Part shown: positions 24,765-32,000 of the stretch, piece by piece
Numbering within the stretch: the stretch's first letter is position 1
Layout: the number at the start of each line of letters is the position of its first letter
Translations under genes and position numbers: made by a program
The notes under the pieces: generated by a model
Told to the model about the DNA's origin: nothing
The model's input: the letters and a program-made list of their open reading frames with translations, nothing else
Database searches by the model: none
Source: Chlamydiota bacterium
Lineage (GTDB): Bacteria; Auribacterota; JACPWU01
DNA: 32,000 nt
Assembly (NCBI GenBank): GCA_016196885.1
Contig: JACPWU010000050.1
Span: 30,001 to 62,000, forward strand
Direction: 5' to 3'

Positions 24765-25522
24765 CACGGAGTCCCTTGTTCTGCAGAATGAGGAATATCA
24801 GCGGTGGAGGAGGCGCCTTCTTCTGGAATAAAAAGCAACCGCGCACAATTTTCACAAGAGATCAATTCTGTTTCTTTCCTCACATTCACCATCACTTGAG
24901 GAGGAAGAAGCGTATGACAACCCTGACAACTGCGATCGACAATCGGAACAATTGCAATTCCGTGGACATGGGCCAAAATTCGGGTGTAGCGCTTAAAGAA
25001 AACGGGATCCACATCCTTCACGAGGCTTTCTCTTTCTTTCTTTAATGCCTCAAGCCTTTCCTCAATCACTTTCATCTTTCCTTGAATCTCCTCTTCCTTG
25101 CGGCTGAATTGAGATTTAACCTCTTGAAGCTCCGCCTCCACTTTTCTAATCGCTGCGTTTTGCGTATCCAGCGTGACCCATTTCTCTAATATTTCATCCT
25201 CGATGCGGGACATTTCCGTTTTGGCACCAAAGATTTCTTTCTCCAATGCCTTGTATTCTTGATTGGTCTTGACCGCCATCAACTGTGCCTCTTGTTTTTG
25301 ACGGACCGTGTTCTTACTCTCAAGATCTATCTCTAACTTTTTATGGGCCACTTGAATTTCTTTGAGCAACGTCTTGGCCGCCTCTACCTCCCTATTTTTT
25401 GCGTCCACCCATCCCTTTAATTGATTCAACAATTGAGGAAGAGCTTTTTTCTCATCCTCTAATTTAATCATTTCCACATCTTTTTCTTGAACCGCCAGTA
25501 ACTTTTTGAGTTCTTCTACCAT
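24764..25522 (-). CDS. Coiled-coil C4 zinc-ribbon protein (DUF164/COG1579-like)
   Basis: A long coiled coil is followed by CQGCHTLLPPQ...ISCENCARLL. It is translationally coupled to gcvT. Confidence 0.75.
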   Translation of the reverse strand: MVEELKKLLAVQEKDVEMIKLEDEKKALPQLLNQLKGWVDAKNREVEAAKTLLKEIQVAHKKLEIDLESKNTVRQKQEAQLMAVKTNQEYKALEKEIFGAKTEMSRIEDEILEKWVTLDTQNAAIRKVEAELQEVKSQFSRKEEEIQGKMKVIEERLEALKKERESLVKDVDPVFFKRYTRILAHVHGIAIVPIVDRSCQGCHTLLPPQVMVNVRKETELISCENCARLLFIPEEGASSTADIPHSAEQGTP

Positions 25523-25591
25523 AAAATGAAATTGCCTTTCATAAGAAGACTTGTCCTATCTAAAAATCACAATTTCCAATCTTTATAATCC

Positions 25592-25665
25592 TGGGCAACG
25601 CTGGGCTCGAACCAGCGACCCCTACCGTGTGAGGATAGTGCTCTAACCAACTGAGCTAGTTGCCC
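25592..25665 (-). tRNA. tRNA-Val (anticodon CAC)
   Basis: The reverse complement folds as GGGCAAC-TA-GCTC-AGTTGGTTA-GAGC-A-CTATC-CTCACAC-GGTAG-GGGTC-GCTGG-TTCGAGC-CCAGC-GTTGCCC-A. No CCA is encoded. Confidence 0.92.
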
Positions 25666-25676
25666 TAAAAAACTGT

Positions 25677-25732
25677 GCATCGTACATAGCACATCGCCAT
25701 TCGTAAAAAAACGAGTAACGACTAACGACGAT
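25677..25732. repeat. Type F heptamer element (eight 7-nt units around an A7 centre)
   Basis: gcatcgt acatagc acatcgc cattcgt aaaaaaa cgagtaa cgactaa cgacgat. The lipoprotein gene's stop and last codons (ADRR*) lie in the right-hand units. Confidence 0.55.
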
Positions 25733-26126
25733 CCGCAAGCACCAGTTCATCTAACTTTGCAAGAATAGCCTCTCGAGCATCACTGGCAAAAACATCCGAA
25801 GGATATCTTCTTTTCCTCACCAAATAAATCTCGCATTGAGAAGCCCCCAGAGGATAAACATAGATCCCATAGACGGAACCTGTTTCACCCAAAGAAGCAG
25901 GCTGATATCCAAGAACCTCAATCCTCTCTTGCCGATTGCGGTTCACTCTTTCAACAACAAGACCACAGTTTTCAAGAGCCTTTTGTGAAAGCTCCACCAT
26001 TTTCTCAAAGCTCTCATCATATAAAATTTCCTGCCCCTCGCCCCGCTTCACATGTTCCAATTCTGAGACCGTGGTGCAACCCGTCAAAACGATTAAACAC
26101 AAAAAGGCACAAATCAATTCTCTCAT
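25722..26126 (-). CDS. Small lipoprotein, function unknown
   Basis: The ATG at 26126 gives MRELICAFLCLIVLTGC, a signal peptide with an LTGC lipobox. GAAGGGG lies upstream. The ORF-track N-terminal extension reads through the type C repeat. Confidence 0.6.
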   Translation of the reverse strand: MRELICAFLCLIVLTGCTTVSELEHVKRGEGQEILYDESFEKMVELSQKALENCGLVVERVNRNRQERIEVLGYQPASLGETGSVYGIYVYPLGASQCEIYLVRKRRYPSDVFASDAREAILAKLDELVLADRR

Positions 26127-26164
26127 GCAAAGCCCCTTCTTTAAGATTGAACAAATGAGAGAAC

Positions 26165-26173
26165 ATTCTACCA
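26165..26173 (-). promoter_or_regulatory. Candidate extended -10 (TGGTAGAAT) for the lipoprotein gene
   Basis: The minus strand reads cTTTTTaTGGTAGAATgttc, about 35 nt upstream of the ATG at 26126. There is no good -35, and that region lies inside the hairpin. Confidence 0.3.
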
Positions 26174-26180
26174 TAAAAAG

Positions 26181-26268
26181 CAGGGAATAGGGTGTAGGGA
26201 TTAGGGTATAGGGAACAATGTTCTTAATTAAAATCATTATTTCCCTAAACCCTACACCCTATTCCCTG
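26181..26268. repeat. Type C heptamer hairpin (TAGGGNN units), copy 1; on the minus strand it is followed by T5
   Basis: cagggaa tagggtg tagggat tagggta tagggaa ... ttccctaaaccctacaccctattccctg. It starts 7 nt after the tRNA(CAT) 3' end and may act as an intrinsic terminator. Confidence 0.8.
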
Positions 26269-26275
26269 CATTTCA

Positions 26276-26348
26276 TGGGCCCACTAGGATTTGAACCTAG
26301 GACCAATGGATTATGAGTCCACTGCTCTAACCGCTGAGCTATGGGCCC
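26276..26348 (-). tRNA. tRNA with CAT anticodon; elongator type, probably tRNA-Ile2 (lysidine), alternatively tRNA-Met
   Basis: The reverse complement folds as GGGCCCA-TA-GCTC-AGCGGTTA-GAGC-A-GTGGA-CTCATAA-TCCAT-TGGTC-CTAGG-TTCAAAT-CCTAG-TGGGCCC-A. It is not an initiator: G1-C72 is paired and the anticodon stem lacks the 3 G-C pairs. C4-G69 and C5-G68 match E. coli ileX. Confidence 0.88.
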
Positions 26349-26355
26349 GAAAAAA

Positions 26356-26444
26356 GTAGGGCATAGGGTATAGGGCTCAGGGCTTAGGGAAAAAATAAAT
26401 AAACAACCTTACCCCAAACCCTACTCCCTACACCCTATGCCCTG
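26356..26444. repeat. Type C heptamer hairpin, copy 2; on the minus strand it is followed by T6
   Basis: gtagggc atagggt atagggc tcagggc ttaggga ... taccccaaaccctactccctacaccctatgccctg. It sits between the rpoD stop (26450) and the tRNA(CAT) 5' end (26348). Confidence 0.8.
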
Positions 26445-26449
26445 AATTT

Positions 26450-28084
26450 CTACGCAGAGATATAATCCAAGAATCCCTTGAGCTTCTTAGATCGAATGGG
26501 ATGGCGCATCTTCTTCAAGGCTTTTGCCTCGATCTGACGTACACGCTCGCGCGTGACATTAAAAACCTTGCCCACCTCTTCCAGGGTTCTCGGAGAACCA
26601 TCGCCCAATCCAAAGCGAAGCCTCAAGACCCGCTTTTCGCGAGGGGTTAAAGTCTCAAGTACATTTTCAATCTGCTCCTTCAAGAGGCTATACCCCGTTG
26701 CCTCCGCCGGATTGCGAATGGTTTTATCTTCAATGAAATCCCCGAATTGGCTGTCCTCTCCATCCCCAATCGGCGTCTGAAGAGAAATGGGATGCTGAGA
26801 AATTTTCAGAATGCCGCGTACCTTTTCCACAGGAAGATTCATCTCCTCGGAAATTTCTTCCGGCGTCGGCTCTTTCCCATATTCTTGCACAAGCTTTTTC
26901 GAGACACGTACCAATTTATTGATGGTCTCAATCATGTGAACTGGGATGCGAATGGTTCTGGCCTGATCCGCAATCGAACGCGTGATGGCTTGACGAATCC
27001 ACCACGTGGCGTAAGTGCTGAATTTATAGCCACGCTTGTATTCAAATTTATCCACAGCCTTCATCAAGCCCAGATTTCCTTCTTGAATCAGATCCAAAAA
27101 GGAAAGCCCGCGATTCGTGTATTTTTTGGCAATGCTGATCACGAGCCGAAGATTGGCCTCGACCATGTCATCTTTGGCGGATCGCATGCGATTCGTCCAA
27201 TGCTCTAAGGTCGCAGACTGCTGTTTAAATTCGTCCAGCGTAACGCCTAAAGTTTCTTCAATACGCTTTAATTTTCGGCGTTCATTCTGAACCCTCGCTC
27301 TTCGAAGTTTGGAAGACTCTCCCGGACGAGACAGCTCAATCTCCCGCTCTGCCGCAACAATTTTATCTCTCAAAGAGAGAACCTTATCTACCAATTCATC
27401 AATGACCTCTTGGCGAAAATAAAACTTCCTGAGCAGTGAATTGAGTTTCCTTCTTTTCTCCTCAAGCTTTTTCAATTTTCGATTGCGAATCCCTTTGGAG
27501 ATCCTCTTGCGAACCTCTTTCACGAGGACGAAAACTTCTTTCTCCAAGGTCTCTGCATGATGACACACCCTAGAAAGACCTGAGATATAGCGCTCTTTAT
27601 TCGTCACAAATTTATCAATCACGACACGGTCAAACCGCTCCTTGCCGGCCAAAAGCCTTCGAGCAATGATCACACTTTCTTTGGGAATATTTCCGAAGGT
27701 AAAAAGAAAGGAACGGATTTGCTGATCGGCTTCCTCAATTCTCTTGGCCAAATCTACCTCTTGTTCTCGGGTGAGAAGAGGGACTTTGCCCATCTGCTTG
27801 AGATACATGCGAACAGGGTCGTCCAGCACCTCCGTTTTGGAGGATTCATCCTCTTCCTTCGTCTCTTCCTTGGCCTTCCATTCCTCCTCTGCCTTTTTCC
27901 GTTTGGCATCATCTACAATCTGAACTTCCATGCTTCTTAAAAGAATAAGCATGGACTCAATTTCATCTGGAGAAATCACATTTTCAGGAAGGACCTCATT
28001 GATATCATCATAGGTCAAGACGCCCTTTTCACCAGCCATTTTAACCAGCTGCTTAATTTTGGTATTTCTCTCTTCTTTGGTCAT
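26450..28084 (-). CDS. rpoD: Primary RNA polymerase sigma factor (sigma70)
   Basis: Region 1.1 acidic stretch. Region 2: [41 protein letters not shown]. Region 3: [12 protein letters not shown]. Region 4.2: [25 protein letters not shown] prefer the ATG at 28084 (MTKEERN). Confidence 0.93.
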   Translation of the reverse strand: MTKEERNTKIKQLVKMAGEKGVLTYDDINEVLPENVISPDEIESMLILLRSMEVQIVDDAKRKKAEEEWKAKEETKEEDESSKTEVLDDPVRMYLKQMGKVPLLTREQEVDLAKRIEEADQQIRSFLFTFGNIPKESVIIARRLLAGKERFDRVVIDKFVTNKERYISGLSRVCHHAETLEKEVFVLVKEVRKRISKGIRNRKLKKLEEKRRKLNSLLRKFYFRQEVIDELVDKVLSLRDKIVAAEREIELSRPGESSKLRRARVQNERRKLKRIEETLGVTLDEFKQQSATLEHWTNRMRSAKDDMVEANLRLVISIAKKYTNRGLSFLDLIQEGNLGLMKAVDKFEYKRGYKFSTYATWWIRQAITRSIADQARTIRIPVHMIETINKLVRVSKKLVQEYGKEPTPEEISEEMNLPVEKVRGILKISQHPISLQTPIGDGEDSQFGDFIEDKTIRNPAEATGYSLLKEQIENVLETLTPREKRVLRLRFGLGDGSPRTLEEVGKVFNVTRERVRQIEAKALKKMRHPIRSKKLKGFLDYISA

Positions 28085-28162
28085 GTCTCCAACTCCCGCC
28101 CTACCCTCTCTCATGACTAAGACACATAAGAAATGAAAAAGATTAAAAGAAAAGTGATGATA

Positions 28163-29902
28163 TTACATTTTCTTAAGCGTTGCAATTTCTTTCTGAAGTC
28201 CTTGCAGCTCAACTAAAATAACGCCGATTTGAGCTGAATTCTTCCCTGATTCTTCAAGCCTTTTTAATTCCTGAGTCAAATTCAGACATTTTTTATCGTA
28301 AGTCCTTAATTTAAAGGTAGTTATATAATCAGAAAGAACTTTTTCTGGATTCTGGAAAGAAAATTTTTCCACCAGAAGACTGCTCAGAATACCTTGAAAT
28401 CGAGGATCAGACAGCAAAGAATCGGCACCTTTATTCTCTAACATATTCTGAAGCAATAACTTATAATCTTCAAATTCAAAATCCTCTGGTTTAACTTCTC
28501 CCCTGACCTTCTCAAAAAGCCTTGAGTCCGACAAAATAAGCTTCAAAAGCCCCTTTTCTAAAGCACAGGGTCCTGGCAATTGGGAAGGATCCTTTTCTCC
28601 AGAACGAAACTCTGACCTCGCTGGCTTGATACCCTTTATTTCTTCCCGCAAAGACTGTTCAGAAATCTTTAGCCTTTGACTTAAAAGCTGAAGATAATGA
28701 TCTTGAAGCACCGCATTTTTAATGCGACTCAGGATCGGCAAAATTTCTCGTGCGATTTTCAGTTTTGAAACCTCATCCTGTGAGGGATGACGATTCATGA
28801 GAATACCGATTTTAAAATCAATCATGGAGGGAGACTCCTGAATCAGCTTTAGGAAAGCCTCTTTTCCGTTTTTTCGAATCCACGTATCCGGATCATCCCC
28901 TTCAGGAATCTGTGCAATTTTGACAATCATGTCCTGACCGAGAAAAACTTCTAAGGCCCGAAGAGAGGCCTCGACCCCTGCCCTGTCTCCGTCGTAAGCA
29001 ACCACAACGCCTTGGGCAAAGCGCCGTAAGATTCGGACATGATTTTCATTGAAGGCGGTTCCGAGGGAGGCCACCACATTTTCAACACCTGCCTCATACA
29101 CATGGATCATGTCCATGTAGCCTTCGACCAAAATCACCCGAGACTCTTGAAGAATGGCCCTTTTGGCCAAATGAAGGCCGTAGAGCAATTGGCTTTTATT
29201 GAATAACGGGGTTTCGGGAGAATTTAAATACTTGGGCATCTGGTCCCCCAGCGCACGGCCTCCAAAGCCCACAACTCTGGCCTGGGCATCCATGATGGGG
29301 AACATAATCCTTCCTTTGAAGCGGAGATTTTTTCCGCCCCCACCTGGGCCTGTCACACCCACGCGCTCCAAGAGTTTTTCCTCGAGCCCCAATCGCTGAA
29401 ATTCTTTCAGCACCTCCGTCTCCCTCAAAGGGCAATAACCCATTCGAAAGGTTTCAACCATTTTTTTATTCACCCCTCTTGCCTTAAGATAATTCCTCGC
29501 CTCAGCGGCCTCTTCTGTGAAGAGGGATCTCTGAAAAAAGTGGGCCACCTTTTCTGCAACGTCAAAGAGCTGTTTCTTTTGAAATTCTCCCGATCCCTCC
29601 TTTACTTTTGAGATGACCACACCCGCCTTTTCTGCCAGGATTTCCACAGCCTCAGGGAAACCGATGTTCTCATATTTCATCAAGAAGCTAAAAACATTGC
29701 CTCCCGCTCCACAACCGAAGCAGTGAAAAATCCCCTTCTCAGGATTCACCATAAAGGAAGGCGTTTTCTCAGGATGAAAAGGGCACAAGGCCTTGTAATT
29801 GCGCCCAGCCCCTTTGAGCGGCACATATTGTGCAATCAACTGCACAATATCCACCTTGAGCTGGATCTGGGAAAGTGTACTTTCAGGAATTAATTCAGAC
29901 AT
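28163..29902 (-). CDS. dnaG: DNA primase
   Basis: Zn finger CPFHPEKTPSFMVNPEKGIFHCFGCGAGG, plus TOPRIM motifs (LVEGYMDMI, AYDGDRAG). I prefer the ATG at 29902 (MSELIPEST); the ORF-track extension reads through the type B repeat. Confidence 0.92.
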   Translation of the reverse strand: MSELIPESTLSQIQLKVDIVQLIAQYVPLKGAGRNYKALCPFHPEKTPSFMVNPEKGIFHCFGCGAGGNVFSFLMKYENIGFPEAVEILAEKAGVVISKVKEGSGEFQKKQLFDVAEKVAHFFQRSLFTEEAAEARNYLKARGVNKKMVETFRMGYCPLRETEVLKEFQRLGLEEKLLERVGVTGPGGGGKNLRFKGRIMFPIMDAQARVVGFGGRALGDQMPKYLNSPETPLFNKSQLLYGLHLAKRAILQESRVILVEGYMDMIHVYEAGVENVVASLGTAFNENHVRILRRFAQGVVVAYDGDRAGVEASLRALEVFLGQDMIVKIAQIPEGDDPDTWIRKNGKEAFLKLIQESPSMIDFKIGILMNRHPSQDEVSKLKIAREILPILSRIKNAVLQDHYLQLLSQRLKISEQSLREEIKGIKPARSEFRSGEKDPSQLPGPCALEKGLLKLILSDSRLFEKVRGEVKPEDFEFEDYKLLLQNMLENKGADSLLSDPRFQGILSSLLVEKFSFQNPEKVLSDYITTFKLRTYDKKCLNLTQELKRLEESGKNSAQIGVILVELQGLQKEIATLKKM

Positions 29903-29909
29903 AGGAAAT

Positions 29910-29939
29910 AGCGTACAGCGTATAGCGTTCAGCGGACAG
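29910..29939. repeat. Type B heptamer array, solo arm
   Basis: agcgtac agcgtat agcgttc agcggac ag. I see no convincing complementary arm. It sits between the cvpA stop and the dnaG start. Confidence 0.7.
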
Positions 29940-29967
29940 AAAAAATCCATCCTCATTGAAACTGTTC

Positions 29968-30531
29968 TTACTGAGGTTCATCAACAACTTCACTTACTTT
30001 TTCCAATCCTTCTTGGACCTCTTCTTGGGTCTCCAACAATTCTTTTGGCTGGATCTTCTGATCTAGCCATTGATGAATCTCATCCATCTTCTGAGTGGAG
30101 TAAGAGCCAATCACGGACTCTTGAAAGGGTCCTTGGAAAGTTTTTGGATAAAATGTCAGCAAGGCCAGACCCAAAACAGCTGATAAAAGAATGGCTCTCG
30201 TTCCTCCGAAAAGCGAGCCCCCCACTTTATCAATGGGCGATTGAAAAATCATATGGGAAATTTTCTGAACGATTTTTGCAAGAAGAAAAGAGGCCAGAAT
30301 CCCAATGAACACAATTCCCCAAAGAGAGACAGGATTGGAAAGATTGATCCCCAACGGAAGCTTGCTGGAAATCAGGGTCCCGACTGAAGATCCCATCACC
30401 AGCGCAAAGACAATGGCCCCCAAAATCCCGCCTGTCAATACCACCTCCGCCAAAATGCCCCGACGCACTCCGACATAAAAGCCCCGGACCGCCAAGGCCA
30501 TCATCGCAATGTCTATCCAATTGAATTTCAT
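29968..30531 (-). CDS. cvpA: CvpA-family membrane protein
   Basis: MKFNWIDIAMMALAVRGFYVGVRRGILAEV is followed by 3-4 further TM segments, the typical CvpA N-terminus. Confidence 0.8.
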   Translation of the reverse strand: MKFNWIDIAMMALAVRGFYVGVRRGILAEVVLTGGILGAIVFALVMGSSVGTLISSKLPLGINLSNPVSLWGIVFIGILASFLLAKIVQKISHMIFQSPIDKVGGSLFGGTRAILLSAVLGLALLTFYPKTFQGPFQESVIGSYSTQKMDEIHQWLDQKIQPKELLETQEEVQEGLEKVSEVVDEPQ

Positions 30532-30565
30532 AGGTGCATTATACAATAAATTGGATATTTCACCA

Positions 30566-31699
30566 TTATTTCAACCACGGAAGTTGGCAAAATTTCATAA
30601 AGGGTGTTATTCTTGCCCTATATTTTGCAATTTCGATATCCTTTGTTCCCAAATGAACTTGATAAAATTTTGGAACCGAAGAACGTTCGGAAAAATAAGA
30701 TATATGAGGGCTTAGAGAGGATTCACCTGTCTTACATTCAACCGCAAAAAGAGGCTTACGATTTTTGATCACGACAAAATCAATTTCCCTTTTTTGGGCA
30801 TCACGAATAAACTGAAGATCCATTTCATCTCCTTCGGTATCTTCAATAAAATGACACATTTTGAGCAAATGGGATGCCACAAGGTTTTCAAATCGGGTGC
30901 TCAGGTCTTCACATTGGGACCAATCCCACAGGTAAAGTTTTTTCTCCTTTTTTGCCGTGCGCAATCGAGGGAGCCCAAAGGGAGCTATTCGATAACAATA
31001 ATAAATATTTTCTAGGATAAGAATCCAACGGTCCACTGTTTCAAAAGAGACTTGTAAATCTTGTTTCAAATTATTGAGTGAGAGAATGGACCCCACACGT
31101 TCAGGGAGAATATGAATGAGGAGATCCAATTGTGAAACCTCTTTAACTTGTTCCAAGCTTATCAAATCTTCTTGAATCACACGCATCAGGCGCTCCCTCT
31201 GCCATCTTTTATGGTGACGAGTGTTCGCCTTTAAAAAGGGTTCTGGGAAACCTCCGAAGGTCAGCAGTTGATCTAGACATTTTTGATTTGGCTTCGAATC
31301 AAGCTCGGAAAGACTTAAAGGATGTAAACGATAATAGTGATATCTGCCCTGCAAAGAATCTCCTCCACGACGGTAGTAATCGAGTCTGGCTGAGCCTGTG
31401 ATGAGAAACCGTTTCGTAGATTTGTGCTGATCGTAGAAACCTTTCACGAGATTTCGCCACCCCCTGTATTTGTGAATTTCATCCAGGACAATTAATTTTT
31501 GATCCGCAGGCAATTCCCCTTTAAGAAGAGACCTTTTGACAGTCGGCACATCCCAGTTGAGGTAGGCAGGATGGGATTCATTGGCATTTCCCAAAAGATG
31601 AAAAGCCACCGTGGTCTTACCTGTTTGCCGAGGGCCACCGATAAAAACCATTTTTTCATTTAAATCTTTTTCAATCGCTGACTCGAGGTAACGCTGCAT
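30566..31699 (-). CDS. AAA-family ATP-binding protein (AAA_14 plus DUF4143-like architecture)
   Basis: Walker A GGPRQTGKTT, Walker B LIVLDEIH, and a C-terminal region with EIDFVV...AVECK, the restriction-endonuclease-like fold typical of this family. Confidence 0.75.
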   Translation of the reverse strand: MQRYLESAIEKDLNEKMVFIGGPRQTGKTTVAFHLLGNANESHPAYLNWDVPTVKRSLLKGELPADQKLIVLDEIHKYRGWRNLVKGFYDQHKSTKRFLITGSARLDYYRRGGDSLQGRYHYYRLHPLSLSELDSKPNQKCLDQLLTFGGFPEPFLKANTRHHKRWQRERLMRVIQEDLISLEQVKEVSQLDLLIHILPERVGSILSLNNLKQDLQVSFETVDRWILILENIYYCYRIAPFGLPRLRTAKKEKKLYLWDWSQCEDLSTRFENLVASHLLKMCHFIEDTEGDEMDLQFIRDAQKREIDFVVIKNRKPLFAVECKTGESSLSPHISYFSERSSVPKFYQVHLGTKDIEIAKYRARITPFMKFCQLPWLK

Positions 31700-31742
31700 A
31701 AAAACCCCTGTAAATGATCATGAATAAATTAGACTATATCTT

Positions 31743-31770
31743 ATTTTATACATGAATAAATTAGAGTCAA
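31743..31770 (-). promoter_or_regulatory. Candidate sigma70 promoter (TTGACT-16 nt-TAAAAT) for the ATPase gene
   Basis: On the minus strand, TTGACT is the reverse complement of 31765-31770 and TAAAAT is the reverse complement of 31743-31748. A 15-nt direct repeat overlaps the spacer and recurs downstream of the -10. Confidence 0.4.
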
Positions 31771-31822
31771 CTAGAAAATAGTTAAGATGGTTTTGATGGG
31801 CTTTAGAAGGCATGAGAGAAGC

Positions 31823-32000
31823 TTACCGAGACAAGTAAAAATTTAAAACAGCCAAACTCGCAAGAGCAGCTGTTTCTACACGCAGCACCAGCGATCCCAG
31901 ACTGACGCATTTCCACTCCCGATCCAAAGCCCCTTGAATTTCTTGAGGTGAAAAATCCCCTTCTGGGCCAATGGCAATGATCACTTTTTTTGCATCCGGA
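31823..32000 (-). CDS. rsmE: 16S rRNA (uracil1498-N3)-methyltransferase RsmE, C-terminal fragment (5' end lies outside the window)
   Basis: The minus strand reads ..KVIIAIGPEGDFSPQEIQGALDREWKCVSLGSLVLRVETAALASLAVLNFYLSR*, the conserved RsmE C-terminal knot motif (IGPEGG.s..E, LG..ILR.ETA). Confidence 0.85.
   Translation of the reverse strand, partial: PDAKKVIIAIGPEGDFSPQEIQGALDREWKCVSLGSLVLRVETAALASLAVLNFYLSR

Noticed and set aside
25523-25591. Looked for a glycine riboswitch upstream of the gcv genes
   Set aside because: Only 69 nt are available between tRNA-Val and the Zn-ribbon gene start, and gcvT itself overlaps the upstream gene. I could not find the conserved glycine-aptamer core.
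29940-29975. Possible degenerate right arm (ctgttct tactgag gttcatc) for the solo type B arm at 29910-29939
   Set aside because: Complementarity to the left arm is too poor to call, and the segment is mostly the cvpA 3' coding end.

Overview
All coordinates and motifs below come from reading the sequence by hand; nothing was computed or searched. About 30 kb of the window is one long run of minus-strand housekeeping genes from a bacterium that makes peptidoglycan. MurE carries the DNPR motif, which suggests meso-DAP-type peptidoglycan. No taxonomic assignment is possible from the sequence alone.

Gene order in the direction of transcription (right to left):
- rsmE (partial), a DUF4143-type AAA ATPase, cvpA, dnaG, rpoD
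- tRNA(CAT), a small lipoprotein, tRNA-Val(CAC)
- a Zn-ribbon (DUF164-like) protein, gcvT, gcvH, gcvPA, gcvPB, a short LplA/LipM-like lipoate ligase, and a small membrane protein
- a complete dcw cluster: mraZ, rsmH, ftsL, ftsI, murE, murF, mraY, murD, ftsW, murG, a murC-murB fusion, ddl, ftsQ
- a small HicB-like ORF

A plus-strand RNase P RNA gene sits upstream of the mraZ promoter and is transcribed away from it. An OmpR-type response regulator (3' fragment) and a sensor kinase converge from the left edge.

The coding content is ordinary. The intergenic DNA is not:
- Almost every spacer inside these co-directional operons is filled by a long imperfect hairpin whose arms are tandem degenerate heptamers. 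I see at least five sequence flavours.
- Two spacers (mraY|murD and ftsL|ftsI) carry a duplicated composite element: an AT-only heptamer hairpin, then a GTAG-headed inverted REP doublet (REPIN-like), then an A7 tract, then a conserved leader with a short uORF.
- One REP loop carries a nested 107-nt insertion with perfect 16-bp inverted termini.
- murD carries an in-frame 84-bp structured insertion bounded by 8-bp direct repeats.
- The repeats supply several stop codons and C-terminal residues. They also create false N-terminal extensions in the ORF track.

I found no defence system, CRISPR array, transposase or prophage gene.
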